IMG/VR virus record: IMGVR_UViG_3300033148_007251
Coordinates: 11,280-75,279 of that record
Length of the DNA stretch: 64,000 bases
Strand: one strand, 5' to 3'
DNA from: a virus
Shown here in pieces: positions 38,051 to 47,628 of the stretch. Position numbers and translations under genes: made by a program. The notes beneath the pieces are model-generated. The model was given only the letters and a program-made list of their open reading frames with translations. It did not search any database and had not been told where the DNA came from. The first letter of the stretch is position 1. Each line of letters begins with the position of its first letter.

Positions 38051-38739
38051 TGATAGATAATGAAAAAGTAAGATATTGTGAATGTGGTTGTGGTGCCATA
38101 ATAAACAGCTTTGATAATCAAGGAAGACAGCGAAGATATTTACATGGTCATTATAATAAGGGTAGACAGGTATTAGATGAAACAAGAAAAAAGATATCAG
38201 AAGCAAAGAAAGGAAAAATGATTGGTGAATTAAATCCAATGTTTGGAAAAAAGCGTCCGGATTTAGCAGAAAGAAATCGTCAAAGCAAAGGGGAAAAACA
38301 TTCGGAAGAAACAAAGAAAAAAATAAGTGAATCTGGTAAAGGTAGAAAACACACTGAAGAGACAAAAAAGAAGATGTCTATAAACAATGCTATGCATAGA
38401 CCTGAGATTGTATCTAAATTGTCTGGTGAGAATAGTAATTTATGGCAGGGTGGGAAATCATATGCAGGATATACACCGGAATTTAATAACAATTTAAAAG
38501 AACAAATTCGCAAACGAGACAACTATCGTTGTCAGGAATGTTTTAAGCACCAAGATGAACTTTATGGTAAAACCGGAAAAAAATATAAATTACATATCCA
38601 TCATATTGATTTTGATAAGAAAAATAGTGACCAATCAAATTTGATTAGTTTGTGTATAAGTTGTCATATGAAAACTAATTATAATCGAGAACACTGGACA
38701 GATTATTATAAAGGCAAGATAGAACAAATGGAGATTTAA
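38050..38739 (+). CDS. HNH homing endonuclease with CxCGCG and NUMOD3 repeats
   Basis: CECGCG, HSEETKKKIS, RDNYRCQEC...HHID...NLISLCISCH. Confidence 0.92.
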   Translation: MIDNEKVRYCECGCGAIINSFDNQGRQRRYLHGHYNKGRQVLDETRKKISEAKKGKMIGELNPMFGKKRPDLAERNRQSKGEKHSEETKKKISESGKGRKHTEETKKKMSINNAMHRPEIVSKLSGENSNLWQGGKSYAGYTPEFNNNLKEQIRKRDNYRCQECFKHQDELYGKTGKKYKLHIHHIDFDKKNSDQSNLISLCISCHMKTNYNREHWTDYYKGKIEQMEI

Positions 38740-38740
38740 T

Positions 38741-39277
38741 ATGAGTTATACAAACAGAGGTTTCTGGAAATCAGTAAGTCCGTTTCTTGATGAAAACACT
38801 TCTAATGTTGCCAATAAGCCTACCCTTGTTTGTAGGGGGGTGTTCTGTGGGTATTCGCTTCCAGAATATGCTGTGGGTGAAGAATTATTATTTAAAATGC
38901 GTGTTCCTCATAGTTGGGACGGAACAACCAATCCTTACTTTGTGGTAATAACAAGCATTTCGGCAACCGAAGATATTGGCGATAAATATAAATTACAATT
39001 AGAATGGCAATCAGAAGATATATTGCATGTGATACCGGATACAATTGCCGAAACTTTAACTGATGAAATAACAGTTGCTGACGGCACTGCTTTTTACGCT
39101 GAAATAGTAACATTTGAGCTTGATGGGTCTTTTTTAGTGTCAGGTCAAACATTACACATGAAACTTAAAAGAGTAGCAGCATCTTCAAGTTCCGTATCCA
39201 ATGAGATAATCATATGGCATTGGGACACACGATGGAAGTTTAATAAATTTGGAACAGACTCGATACAGGGGTATTAA
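38741..39277 (+). CDS. Structural beta-sandwich protein
   Basis: RVPHSWDG; resembles the next ORF. Confidence 0.55.
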   Translation: MSYTNRGFWKSVSPFLDENTSNVANKPTLVCRGVFCGYSLPEYAVGEELLFKMRVPHSWDGTTNPYFVVITSISATEDIGDKYKLQLEWQSEDILHVIPDTIAETLTDEITVADGTAFYAEIVTFELDGSFLVSGQTLHMKLKRVAASSSSVSNEIIIWHWDTRWKFNKFGTDSIQGY

Positions 39278-39278
39278 A

Positions 39279-39806
39279 ATGTCATATGAAAGGATAAGAT
39301 TAGATACATACACACATATAGAAAAGATAGATGCCGGGCAATTAGGTAAAAACCCTTCAAATCCTCCGGCATTGCATCTTGCCGGGATTACAGTAGGCCA
39401 GAAATATACCGTTGATACAGATAAGTCTAATGTGTTGTTTAACGTGCCAAGAAATTACAATGGTGGTGATGCTACTTTATGGTTTAACTGGACTAAGTCA
39501 GCAGTTGGTGCAGATGAATCTACTAAAACAGTCAGATGGCAGGTTAAATATCTGATGGTTTCCCCTGGCGTGAATTGCAATACTGGCGAGGTTACATTGG
39601 TCACCCAAGATTCATATGACGATTCCGACCTTACAAGCCAGATTATATATAGCACGCCAGTTATTCCGATCCCAGAGGCGTCTCTTGTAGCCTCTGGGGG
39701 TTTAGCACTTGAAGTATCCGCTATTACTCCGACAGGCACAGCACTGGCCGATGAACCATTGTTGTTGGGTGTTGTATTTAGTTGTACCTGTAAATTTATA
39801 GCGTAA
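39279..39806 (+). CDS. Structural beta-sandwich protein, possible paralog of previous gene
   Basis: NVPRNYNGG; start set at ATG 39279. Confidence 0.55.
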   Translation: MSYERIRLDTYTHIEKIDAGQLGKNPSNPPALHLAGITVGQKYTVDTDKSNVLFNVPRNYNGGDATLWFNWTKSAVGADESTKTVRWQVKYLMVSPGVNCNTGEVTLVTQDSYDDSDLTSQIIYSTPVIPIPEASLVASGGLALEVSAITPTGTALADEPLLLGVVFSCTCKFIA

Positions 39807-39813
39807 TAACAAA

Positions 39814-40283
39814 TTGGGAGATAAAATTATGCCAGAAATAATAGAAATTGATCTAAATCCAGAAATTAAGACTTATAAAAAAACAGAAGGTTTTCTCGTT
39901 ATTGAGAGAACTCATGACAAGCCCGTAGTGCATAGTGATTCGTATAACATTGAACAAGCGCAGGCAAAGCTTGACAAGATTGACGGTGTAATTGCTTTAT
40001 GGGAAGCAAAGAAAGTCCCGCTTCAGGAAGTTATTGATAAATATAATGAGATAGCATAGGAGGCATGATGAAACTATATGCATTTTTTCCAGATGGACAT
40101 GGGCCTTTTTCTTTTTTTGTTATGGCTGAAACAGAAGCGGAAGCTGTATTGGCGGTCGAGAAAGAAAGAAAAAAGTATGATGCCGAAGATTCCGATGGGT
40201 TTGGGTCTACTGACGTTACACAGCCTCATTATATGAAGGCTGTAGTTGGGGCAAACGTGGTTTTGATCAATGCAAATGATTAA
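39814..40283 (+). CDS. Two small hypothetical proteins (39814-40059, 40065-40283)
   Basis: ORFs with GGAG RBS. Confidence 0.55.
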
Positions 40284-40298
40284 TAGGGAAATAAAATA

Positions 40299-41645
40299 AT
40301 GAAAACATCTTCATTAAATAAAGGATTAGTTGGTCACTGGCCATTAGATAAGCAGTCTTTTAATCCTGCTACAAAAAGATTTACAGACAAATCAGCACAT
40401 TGTAACCATGGCACAGGTTATGGAACTAAGCTTGGTTCCGCAGACCCTGGGTTCCAGGCTGATCATATGGGTCAGTTAGTTAGGAGTGCTCCGTTTAATG
40501 GGAGTGACGATTATGTTGATTTGCCCGCTATGACTTTAGGAACATCTTGGTCTGTCAGTTGTTGGTATAAACCCACAAATTTCATACAGTATACGCATTT
40601 ATTGACCGCGGATAATCAAGGTTCATTTGCATTTAAGATATTTTCAAACTCAGGAGAAGTATATTTTTATACCAGTGCAAGTGGTAGCATTTTATCAAAT
40701 TACACTTTGAGTACCGGAATTTGGTATCATTTAGTAGTGACTTATGACGGGACTGACGTCAAGATAATTATTGATAATGATGAGAAGGTTAGTTCATCAG
40801 AAACGTTGGATATTTCATCCTTTGGGTATAAAATTGGCAATCATAATACAGAATTTTCTTGCGGAACGCAAGAAAATACCCGAATCTACAATAGGGTACT
40901 ATCACAACAAGAAATAACTTTACTTTACGAATCGTACAGACCAAAACTCGCTATATCTTCATTACATAAAGGACTAGTCCTCGATATGCCTTTGACAAGT
41001 GAAAGGCATAACCCTGGAACAGACGTTTTTACTGACAGGACTCCATATAATAATCATGGTGCTAACAACGGAGCGGATGTAGACACAGACCATAGCACTT
41101 TTGTGGCTGCTAATAGCGATTATGTGAGAATTCCTGATAGTGTTAGTCTTAGTCCAACGGTGGCAATGACGGCTATGATTTGGGTTAAGGGAACGGCGCA
41201 AGATTATATAGGAGTTTTAGAACACTTTGACACAGGTGTAAATCAAAGAAGTTTTGCGTTATGGACATCATCTTCATCCCCATATGATGTTATTCGGGTT
41301 CTTGTTTCAGATGATGGAAATTATGCAGGACATTCAAAAGACTATACTTCAAGCATCGTAGTCTTTAATAATACGTGGCATTTAATCGGTTTTATTTTTG
41401 ATGCTGGAACTCTGAAATTATTTGTTGACGGAGTAGAAGACACAAATCCGACAAAATCTTCTGATGATGCAATAACAACAATTCACAATTCAACAGCAGA
41501 TATCGTGGTTGGATGTACTTTAAGCAACAACACACCAGCAAAATTCTTCAGCGGTGACTTAGCCCTACCAAAAATATACAATCGAGCACTCACGCCTGCA
41601 GAGTGGATGCTTGCCTATGATCAAACAAAAGGATTATACTTGTAA
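40299..41645 (+). CDS. Tandem LamG/concanavalin A-like domain protein
   Basis: Two repeats: GLVGHWPLD...WYHLVVTYDG...RIYNRVLS and GLVLDMPL...WHLIGFIFD...KIYNRALT. Confidence 0.88.
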   Translation: MKTSSLNKGLVGHWPLDKQSFNPATKRFTDKSAHCNHGTGYGTKLGSADPGFQADHMGQLVRSAPFNGSDDYVDLPAMTLGTSWSVSCWYKPTNFIQYTHLLTADNQGSFAFKIFSNSGEVYFYTSASGSILSNYTLSTGIWYHLVVTYDGTDVKIIIDNDEKVSSSETLDISSFGYKIGNHNTEFSCGTQENTRIYNRVLSQQEITLLYESYRPKLAISSLHKGLVLDMPLTSERHNPGTDVFTDRTPYNNHGANNGADVDTDHSTFVAANSDYVRIPDSVSLSPTVAMTAMIWVKGTAQDYIGVLEHFDTGVNQRSFALWTSSSSPYDVIRVLVSDDGNYAGHSKDYTSSIVVFNNTWHLIGFIFDAGTLKLFVDGVEDTNPTKSSDDAITTIHNSTADIVVGCTLSNNTPAKFFSGDLALPKIYNRALTPAEWMLAYDQTKGLYL

Positions 41646-41711
41646 AAAAAATTCTTATTAAGCATATAATATTAACAATTTAAAAACAGGACGTTGACGG
41701 GAATTGCATAT

Positions 41712-42039
41712 CATGGCCGCTCATTTTGAAAATAGACTGGACAATATTGAATCCAAATTGGATAATGTAAGTGACGCTATCACTAAGATAGCTGTGCAAA
41801 AACAAAGAATTGACACTTTGGAATTCAAGGTTAATTCTCTTTATATAAAATGGGATCAATTAATAAGCCCCGACGAGGGCATTTTACAAAAAATTCAATC
41901 TAAAATGGTTTTTTATGATAGTCAAATTAAAATTACGAAATGGGTAATGATTTTATTTAGTACAACTGTTATTGGTTGTACTGTGTCTTTATTTGCTATG
42001 GCGAATTATCTTTTTAAACTACCAGTAACTATACCATAA
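41712..42039 (+). CDS. Coiled-coil protein with one C-terminal TM helix (holin/antiholin-like)
   Basis: Hydrophobic WVMILFSTTVIGCTVSLFAMA; directly before endolysin. Confidence 0.5.
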
Positions 42040-42458
42040 TGGTGAATATTATGAATTACAAATTAATAGAAATGCTTAAAAGGCACGAAGGACTTAGATT
42101 AAAACCGTATTATTGTACTGCCGGGAAATTAACAATTGGTTATGGCCGCAATCTGGAGGATGTTGGCATATCGGAACATGAAGCGTCATTATTGTTATCC
42201 GGTGATGTTATTGAGACGGAACAAGATATCAAGTCTATATTTTTAAATTTCAATGATTTTACAGAAAATAGACAAATCGCCTTAATGAATATGTTGTTTA
42301 ATCTTGGTAAAACGAAATTTTTAAAGTTTAAAAAAATGATAAAAGCAATAAAAAATAACGATTGGAATGAAGTTGCAATCCAAGCAAAAGATAGTAAATG
42401 GTATACTGATGTTAAGGATAGAGCGATAGAAGTTGTGCAATTACTTAAAAACGGGTAA
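42039..42458 (+). CDS. Endolysin, GH24 (T4-like) lysozyme
   Basis: HEGLRLKPYYCTAGKLTIGYGRNL, NMLFNLG, DSKWY. Confidence 0.93.
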   Translation: MVNIMNYKLIEMLKRHEGLRLKPYYCTAGKLTIGYGRNLEDVGISEHEASLLLSGDVIETEQDIKSIFLNFNDFTENRQIALMNMLFNLGKTKFLKFKKMIKAIKNNDWNEVAIQAKDSKWYTDVKDRAIEVVQLLKNG

Positions 42459-42469
42459 TAGGAAATAAA

Positions 42470-42961
42470 ATGAATAAAAAAAAGAAAACAGGCACAATAG
42501 GGACAATTAATAATAATGATAATGTAGGCATCAAAAATATATTAAATATAGGAGATACAATTTCCCCTAAGTTTGGATATGAATTATGTGGGTATTTTGG
42601 GTTAGATTATCTTATGAATCGTATGAGAAAATTTGGACCTGATAATTTTTTAGATTTTAAATTTGATGGAATGTCAATGCTTCCTGACACACTGGTGGCC
42701 TTTATTGGTTGTTTAGACAAGGATAAATTGATTTACGAGTGTGCCCTACCTCATGATCTTGCATACGCTTATACTGAGTTTGGCGTTCATAATGACATTG
42801 AGAGACAAAGAGCTGATTTAAAATTAAAATCAAATCTAATTCTTAAAGCAGAAATGAGTTCTTGGTTAGCTGAAATTTTTTATAGAGCAGTTAGGATAGG
42901 TGGGGCAGAAAATCTTGCCGCCAATTTTAGTTGGGGATTTGCCACCGTTAACAAAATATAA
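42470..42961 (+). CDS. DUF1353/prokaryotic phospholipase A2-like protein
   Basis: FDG.S...CALPHDLAY...RQRADLKL...FYRAVRIGG. Confidence 0.6.
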   Translation: MNKKKKTGTIGTINNNDNVGIKNILNIGDTISPKFGYELCGYFGLDYLMNRMRKFGPDNFLDFKFDGMSMLPDTLVAFIGCLDKDKLIYECALPHDLAYAYTEFGVHNDIERQRADLKLKSNLILKAEMSSWLAEIFYRAVRIGGAENLAANFSWGFATVNKI

Positions 42962-42982
42962 AAAAACAATAAAGGTAAAAAT

Positions 42983-43432
42983 ATGTGGAATATATTATCA
43001 AAAATAAGCGGTGGGGCAGTTAAAGAGGTTCTTAATGGTGCAGGCAAGGGAATCGGTTCAGTAATGAACAGATTCGGATTTACTGAAAAACTTTCTGAAT
43101 CAGAAAAGATCGATAAATATTCAACTTTGTTTAAAATTTCTGAAGATTCGACTGATTCTGCTCGGCAAATGTTTATGGTGGAAATGAAAACGCAGAAACA
43201 GCCATGGGTAATTCGAATATTAAATGGGCTTGTGAGGCCTTTAGGGGGGCTTGGTGCTTTATCTGTAGAATTCTATGCTATTATGGGAGCTAATTTTGGG
43301 CAATGGTTTGGTTTTCCATATATTGAGGTTAAAATAGAAACGGAACAGCATCTTGTTTTAGGAGCGATTATCGCTTTTTATTTTGGAAGTCGTCTTAAAG
43401 AAACATTAAGCGGTTCATCAACCAAAAGATAA
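42983..43432 (+). CDS. Holin (GTA 3TM-like)
   Basis: W...LVRP...TM...IIAFYFGSR. Confidence 0.75.
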   Translation: MWNILSKISGGAVKEVLNGAGKGIGSVMNRFGFTEKLSESEKIDKYSTLFKISEDSTDSARQMFMVEMKTQKQPWVIRILNGLVRPLGGLGALSVEFYAIMGANFGQWFGFPYIEVKIETEQHLVLGAIIAFYFGSRLKETLSGSSTKR

Positions 43433-43442
43433 ACGTTTATAT

Positions 43443-43490
43443 ATAGGCAAAATACTTATTAAGTAACTATTCAATAAGTATTTTGCCTAT
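43443..43490. terminator. Inverted repeat between convergent late and replication modules
   Basis: ATAGGCAAAATACTTATT...AATAAGTATTTTGCCTAT. Confidence 0.75.
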
Positions 43491-43515
43491 AAGCTATACA
43501 AGTTTTTATAATTTT

Positions 43516-43692
43516 TTACCAATGTTTTCCTTGATCTGTGATATTAGAAACGAAATTATAAAGGTTTTTCATAGCGTCCTTTTTTGTTTTCCCAAATCTT
43601 GATACTATACCAATCATAGGTGCATAACCAACTGCTCGCCATTCTTTATTCGCCTTACTATATGTGATTGAAAAAGTGTTTTGTTTAGTCAT
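43516..43692 (-). CDS. Orphan HicB-like small protein
   Basis: FSITY...WRAV..AP.IG.VSRFGKTKKDAMKNL pattern. Confidence 0.45.
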   Translation of the reverse strand: MTKQNTFSITYSKANKEWRAVGYAPMIGIVSRFGKTKKDAMKNLYNFVSNITDQGKHW

Positions 43693-43789
43693 ATTAAATT
43701 TATCCTTTCCAGTGTAAATGTTTTCCGGCATTTCTTATTATAGAAAGCCCTGCATAAGGGCCCGGATATTATTCAATTTTGCTTACCTT

Positions 43790-44155
43790 CTATTTATCAC
43801 AAATAACTTTTTCGAGTGTTCGAATAAGATTATGAAGCTCTTCGTCAATTTCGCTATCGGTAATAAATCTTGATGCAGCGATTGTTCTAATCCTTGAAAA
43901 TAAAACTTCAAGAACTTCATGAAAAGCAGTTTTATTAAGTTCTTTATCAGTTATTTCTTGATTCCATTCATAGCCTAATTCAATGTCTGCCCGGCGATTA
44001 AGGATATCAAAATAAGTAACAGCCATATTATGTTCATCATTATCCTCTTTGTCTTGCAAATTAACATTAACCTCCCACCCATAAATGCCAAAATATTCAA
44101 TCCAATAGCCTACGTACCCTTTAAATTTTTTAATATCTAATTTGGTCATTTTCAT
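43790..44155 (-). CDS. Phage metallopeptidase-like protein
   Basis: TAFHEVLEV (HExxE variant). Confidence 0.5.
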   Translation of the reverse strand: MKMTKLDIKKFKGYVGYWIEYFGIYGWEVNVNLQDKEDNDEHNMAVTYFDILNRRADIELGYEWNQEITDKELNKTAFHEVLEVLFSRIRTIAASRFITDSEIDEELHNLIRTLEKVICDK

Positions 44156-44166
44156 TCAGTTCACCT

Positions 44167-44832
44167 TTATTTTCTTAGCGTATCAAATATTTTTTTCATA
44201 TCTGGTAAAATAACGGTTTTGATTCCTGCATTATCCTTGTAATAATTATACAATTTTTCTCTGGTTTTTATATCATATATTTTTATCTTGTAATATAATT
44301 CTCTGGCTATTTCTTCATCAGTCATATCTTCAGGGAACACAGTACATAGTTCTTTATTTTGATATAAAAGCTTAGAGTGCTGCCTGGTATTACCAATAAT
44401 TGTGGAACATCCGCATCGCATTGCTTCTATGGGACACCTATCACCCCTACCACCTCTGCCAAGATAAACAAGAATCTTGCTTTGATTATAAATTATATTA
44501 AGATTTTTTCTATCGACCATCCCCGGCATAAATACGTTTAGTTTTTCTCTTTTTAATATATCTATCGCCTTGTTTGTTTCGACACCTCTATGAACAGACT
44601 CGGGCATAATACAAGCCGGATCTTCATTAAATATCTCCCTGTACTTAACAAGGGCATCAACAGTTTTCCGTGTGCCTTTCTTATCATGAATATGAGATCC
44701 ACCAATACAGAGATCGTATTTCATTTCTGTATTTGGGATGTAATAGAATAAGTTGGGATTAGTCGGTTTTTTAAAACCAAACCGAAAACTACCAAAATCA
44801 AAACTCTGGTCAAAATTAATCTCGTTTGCCAT
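44167..44832 (-). CDS. GT4-like glycosyltransferase C-terminal domain
   Basis: PGMVDRKNLNIIYNQSK...RCPIEAMRCGC. Confidence 0.65.
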   Translation of the reverse strand: MANEINFDQSFDFGSFRFGFKKPTNPNLFYYIPNTEMKYDLCIGGSHIHDKKGTRKTVDALVKYREIFNEDPACIMPESVHRGVETNKAIDILKREKLNVFMPGMVDRKNLNIIYNQSKILVYLGRGGRGDRCPIEAMRCGCSTIIGNTRQHSKLLYQNKELCTVFPEDMTDEEIARELYYKIKIYDIKTREKLYNYYKDNAGIKTVILPDMKKIFDTLRK

Positions 44833-45393
44833 ATTTGTTATTCTCCTATTTTGTTATGTGAAATTTTAATCTTTTTTCTCGAATTCACATTTACAAAACG
44901 GACATGTTTCATTGCTATTTGAATTATCAGTCGCCCATGTATATCCACATTTAAGACATTTTGTTTCTTTTTTCATTTTATTAATTTCCTGTTTTTTAGT
45001 CTGTTTAATTATATGTATGATCAATAGCGCCTGGCGCTATAATCCCCTTCCTGCTTTTTTCTATGTTGGCCATATTTGCAAATATTTCATCGTGATGAAA
45101 ATAAATATCACTAGCCTTGATATTATTATTTAATAAAAAAACACATATTTTTTCTATAAGAGTTTTATCCATTTTATTAATTCTCCTTGTATTGACATTT
45201 TGGGCAACGTTTAAATCCCAAATTATAAATTTCTGTTGGCAATAAATATTTGTGTTTACATTTTGGACACGACATTTGTCTAACGCAATCAGGCATTTTG
45301 TTACGTTCAGGAAACATTATTTGTTCAAGCATTTTAAGTGGATCATTATATTTAGTCATTTTATCATCCTTTTTGTTAATATTTTATTTATTA

Positions 45394-45456
45394 TGGCTGA
45401 GGCGCAAGGACTTGAACCTTGATTGACATGTTATCCTACCATTGAATGACGCCCCA
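45394..45456 (-). tRNA. tRNA-like RNA (Gln-type acceptor stem) lacking the anticodon arm
   Basis: TGGGGCG TC ATTC-AATGGTA-GGAT A ACATGTCAAT CAAGG-TTCAAGT-CCTTG CGCCTCA G CCA; 63 nt. Confidence 0.8.
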
Positions 45457-45479
45457 TTTATTTATATTATACAAAGTTT

Positions 45480-46133
45480 TTATAAATTTTCATCATTTTT
45501 TATAATCTCCTGTATTTTTGATACCCTATTTTCAAGGCTCACATAAAAAACCTTATCTGCACCATCTTGAATATCTTGAATTGCTGCCCTTTCATCACTT
45601 ACCATAATGATTTGGATACCCATTTGTTTGGATATTGTTTTTATCATTTGAATTGCTTTTTTATTCGCTTCTTCCCCCTTTAAATGTTGAAATGGCTCAT
45701 CTAAAATTAACACGTTTCTTGGAGAAGGGATGATTAATCTCCAAATAGCAATTCTTAATGCTATTGCAGCGACATCGATCACCCCTCCACCGCTATCAAA
45801 AAAAGGATTAAACAATTTACCATTTTGTTCAAATAAAAGATTACATTCTGTTTTCCCACGATTAATTATAAATGAAACACTAAGTTTATACGGGTCATCA
45901 AATATCGCTGCCAATGCCGGTGAAACGATATTAGAAAGCTGACACTCTAATTCCTTTAATGTCTGTTTTGCTACATTTTGTATAATTAATTGAGCCTTTT
46001 CAATATTATTAATCTTTTCTTCAAGTATTTCAATCTGATTATTTGCTTTATTTTGATCAGATTTGAGTTGAGAAACAATCCCAATTTTTTGATTTAATAT
46101 TTGTTTGTATTTTTGAATATCCATAATGACCAT
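45480..46133 (-). CDS. SbcC/Rad50 C-terminal half
   Basis: Coiled coil, SGGG signature, ILDEPF Walker B. Confidence 0.8.
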   Translation of the reverse strand: MVIMDIQKYKQILNQKIGIVSQLKSDQNKANNQIEILEEKINNIEKAQLIIQNVAKQTLKELECQLSNIVSPALAAIFDDPYKLSVSFIINRGKTECNLLFEQNGKLFNPFFDSGGGVIDVAAIALRIAIWRLIIPSPRNVLILDEPFQHLKGEEANKKAIQMIKTISKQMGIQIIMVSDERAAIQDIQDGADKVFYVSLENRVSKIQEIIKNDENL

Positions 46134-46408
46134 TATATTTTAGGAAGAGTTATTATATTAGATTGCTTAATTGTATTATTATTATCCAAATCATTAGTTT
46201 TTGCTTTTTCAATAAATAAATTAACTATAGCGCTAGTTACATTTGACATTAATTGTAACGCTGCATTAAGATTGGCCGGAAAACCAGTTAAATTAACTGT
46301 TCCGTTATCCATTTGTTTAATCACCATTTGAAACATAACCCTTGGGGCAATTGGAACAGATGGAGATTCTTTTAATGACGAAGGGTCTATTTTAATAACG
46401 TTAGACAT
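46133..46408 (-). CDS. Hypothetical protein
   Basis: GAGG RBS before MSNVIK. Confidence 0.55.
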   Translation of the reverse strand: MSNVIKIDPSSLKESPSVPIAPRVMFQMVIKQMDNGTVNLTGFPANLNAALQLMSNVTSAIVNLFIEKAKTNDLDNNNTIKQSNIITLPKI

Positions 46409-46445
46409 TTTTATACCTCTATTTTTTTTGTTATACAAATTTTTA

Positions 46446-46688
46446 TTAAATTTCCCAATTATATTTTTTCTCTAATTCTAATAAACCGTTATTTAATTCT
46501 TTTTCTTTTTTGTCTAATTCAATTTCTGTTTTTCGTAATTTTTGTTCAGCATCTTCAATTGTTTTGCAATCAAAATCCTTATTAAGAGAATCAATTAATT
46601 GTTCTTGCTTTCCTTCAAGCTTGGATAATTCGTTTTTTGCTTCATCTATTTTTGTCTTCATTTTTAATAATTTTTCACTGTTTGTCAT
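46446..46688 (-). CDS. Small coiled-coil protein, possible middle segment of split SbcC
   Basis: Heptad-rich; lies between sbcD and the SbcC C-half. Confidence 0.55.
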   Translation of the reverse strand: MTNSEKLLKMKTKIDEAKNELSKLEGKQEQLIDSLNKDFDCKTIEDAEQKLRKTEIELDKKEKELNNGLLELEKKYNWEI

Positions 46689-46701
46689 TATTTTGCTCCC
46701 A

Positions 46702-47628
46702 TCACGCCATAGATTTGTTAATTATTTCTTCAATGGCCTTATCAACATTATTGATATTAATATATTTTTTTATATTAGTCCTAAAACACATTTTGGTTTC
46801 AATACTATTTGATAAACTTTGCATATATGTAGCCATACGAATATCTTTTTCTTGTTTATTGTCAATATGATCTCTGTTTATTACATTTTGTTCAATAGGT
46901 AAATAAACATCTTCTACTATATTGGTGTCTATAAACCACTTATACACCTTTGGTTTATAATTAATTTGATCCGCTGTTGTTCTCATCATTGAGCCTGGAT
47001 TTACAAGCAATCTATTTTTATATTTAGAAACAAAAGGCAAATGATTATCACCGGAAAGAATTAAATTATATTTTGGAAAACCCTTAAGAAGTTCGTGCCC
47101 TTTTGGAGCCTTTTGATCTTTCCACAAAGGTTTATTTTCGATAATCATTTGATGAGTTATAGCAATTTGCGGCAATATGTTGCGCTTAGCGTTACAAACT
47201 TTAATGCCATAAGAAAAAGGGTTTAATATAAATTTATCATTTATATTTTGTGACTCTTCGATTACAAAAATAGTAAACCCACTATGTAAAACGCCACATC
47301 CACTTTCGTGCCAAGAATCAATACGATGATTAGGTAAGTCATGCTGCCCTAAAATAGTTATTATGTCTATATCATATTTAGCTACCAAAGACATAAATCG
47401 TTCTAATAATTTATTTGGCCATTGACTTTTGTGTCCAAAATCGCCGGCAACAAGCAATGGGCAATTGTTTTCTTTACATAAATCGAAAATAAAATTTAAT
47501 TTTCTAAATTGAGCTTCAATAAAATCATCTGTTCTACATCTTGGAACATCATGTCTAATGTGTAAATCAGCACACAATATTGCATCAGCCTTTTTAATTG
47601 TTTGTTTTTTTCTTTTGAAATTATTCAT
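46702..47628 (-). CDS. sbcD: SbcD/Mre11 metallophosphoesterase nuclease
   Basis: ADLH, AGD, GQHD, ITHQ, GDNH, NPGS. Confidence 0.9.
   Translation of the reverse strand: MNNFKRKKQTIKKADAILCADLHIRHDVPRCRTDDFIEAQFRKLNFIFDLCKENNCPLLVAGDFGHKSQWPNKLLERFMSLVAKYDIDIITILGQHDLPNHRIDSWHESGCGVLHSGFTIFVIEESQNINDKFILNPFSYGIKVCNAKRNILPQIAITHQMIIENKPLWKDQKAPKGHELLKGFPKYNLILSGDNHLPFVSKYKNRLLVNPGSMMRTTADQINYKPKVYKWFIDTNIVEDVYLPIEQNVINRDHIDNKQEKDIRMATYMQSLSNSIETKMCFRTNIKKYININNVDKAIEEIINKSMA

Noticed and set aside
34560-41645. Diversity-generating retroelement acting on tail genes
   Set aside because: No reverse transcriptase and no template/variable repeat pair seen in the window
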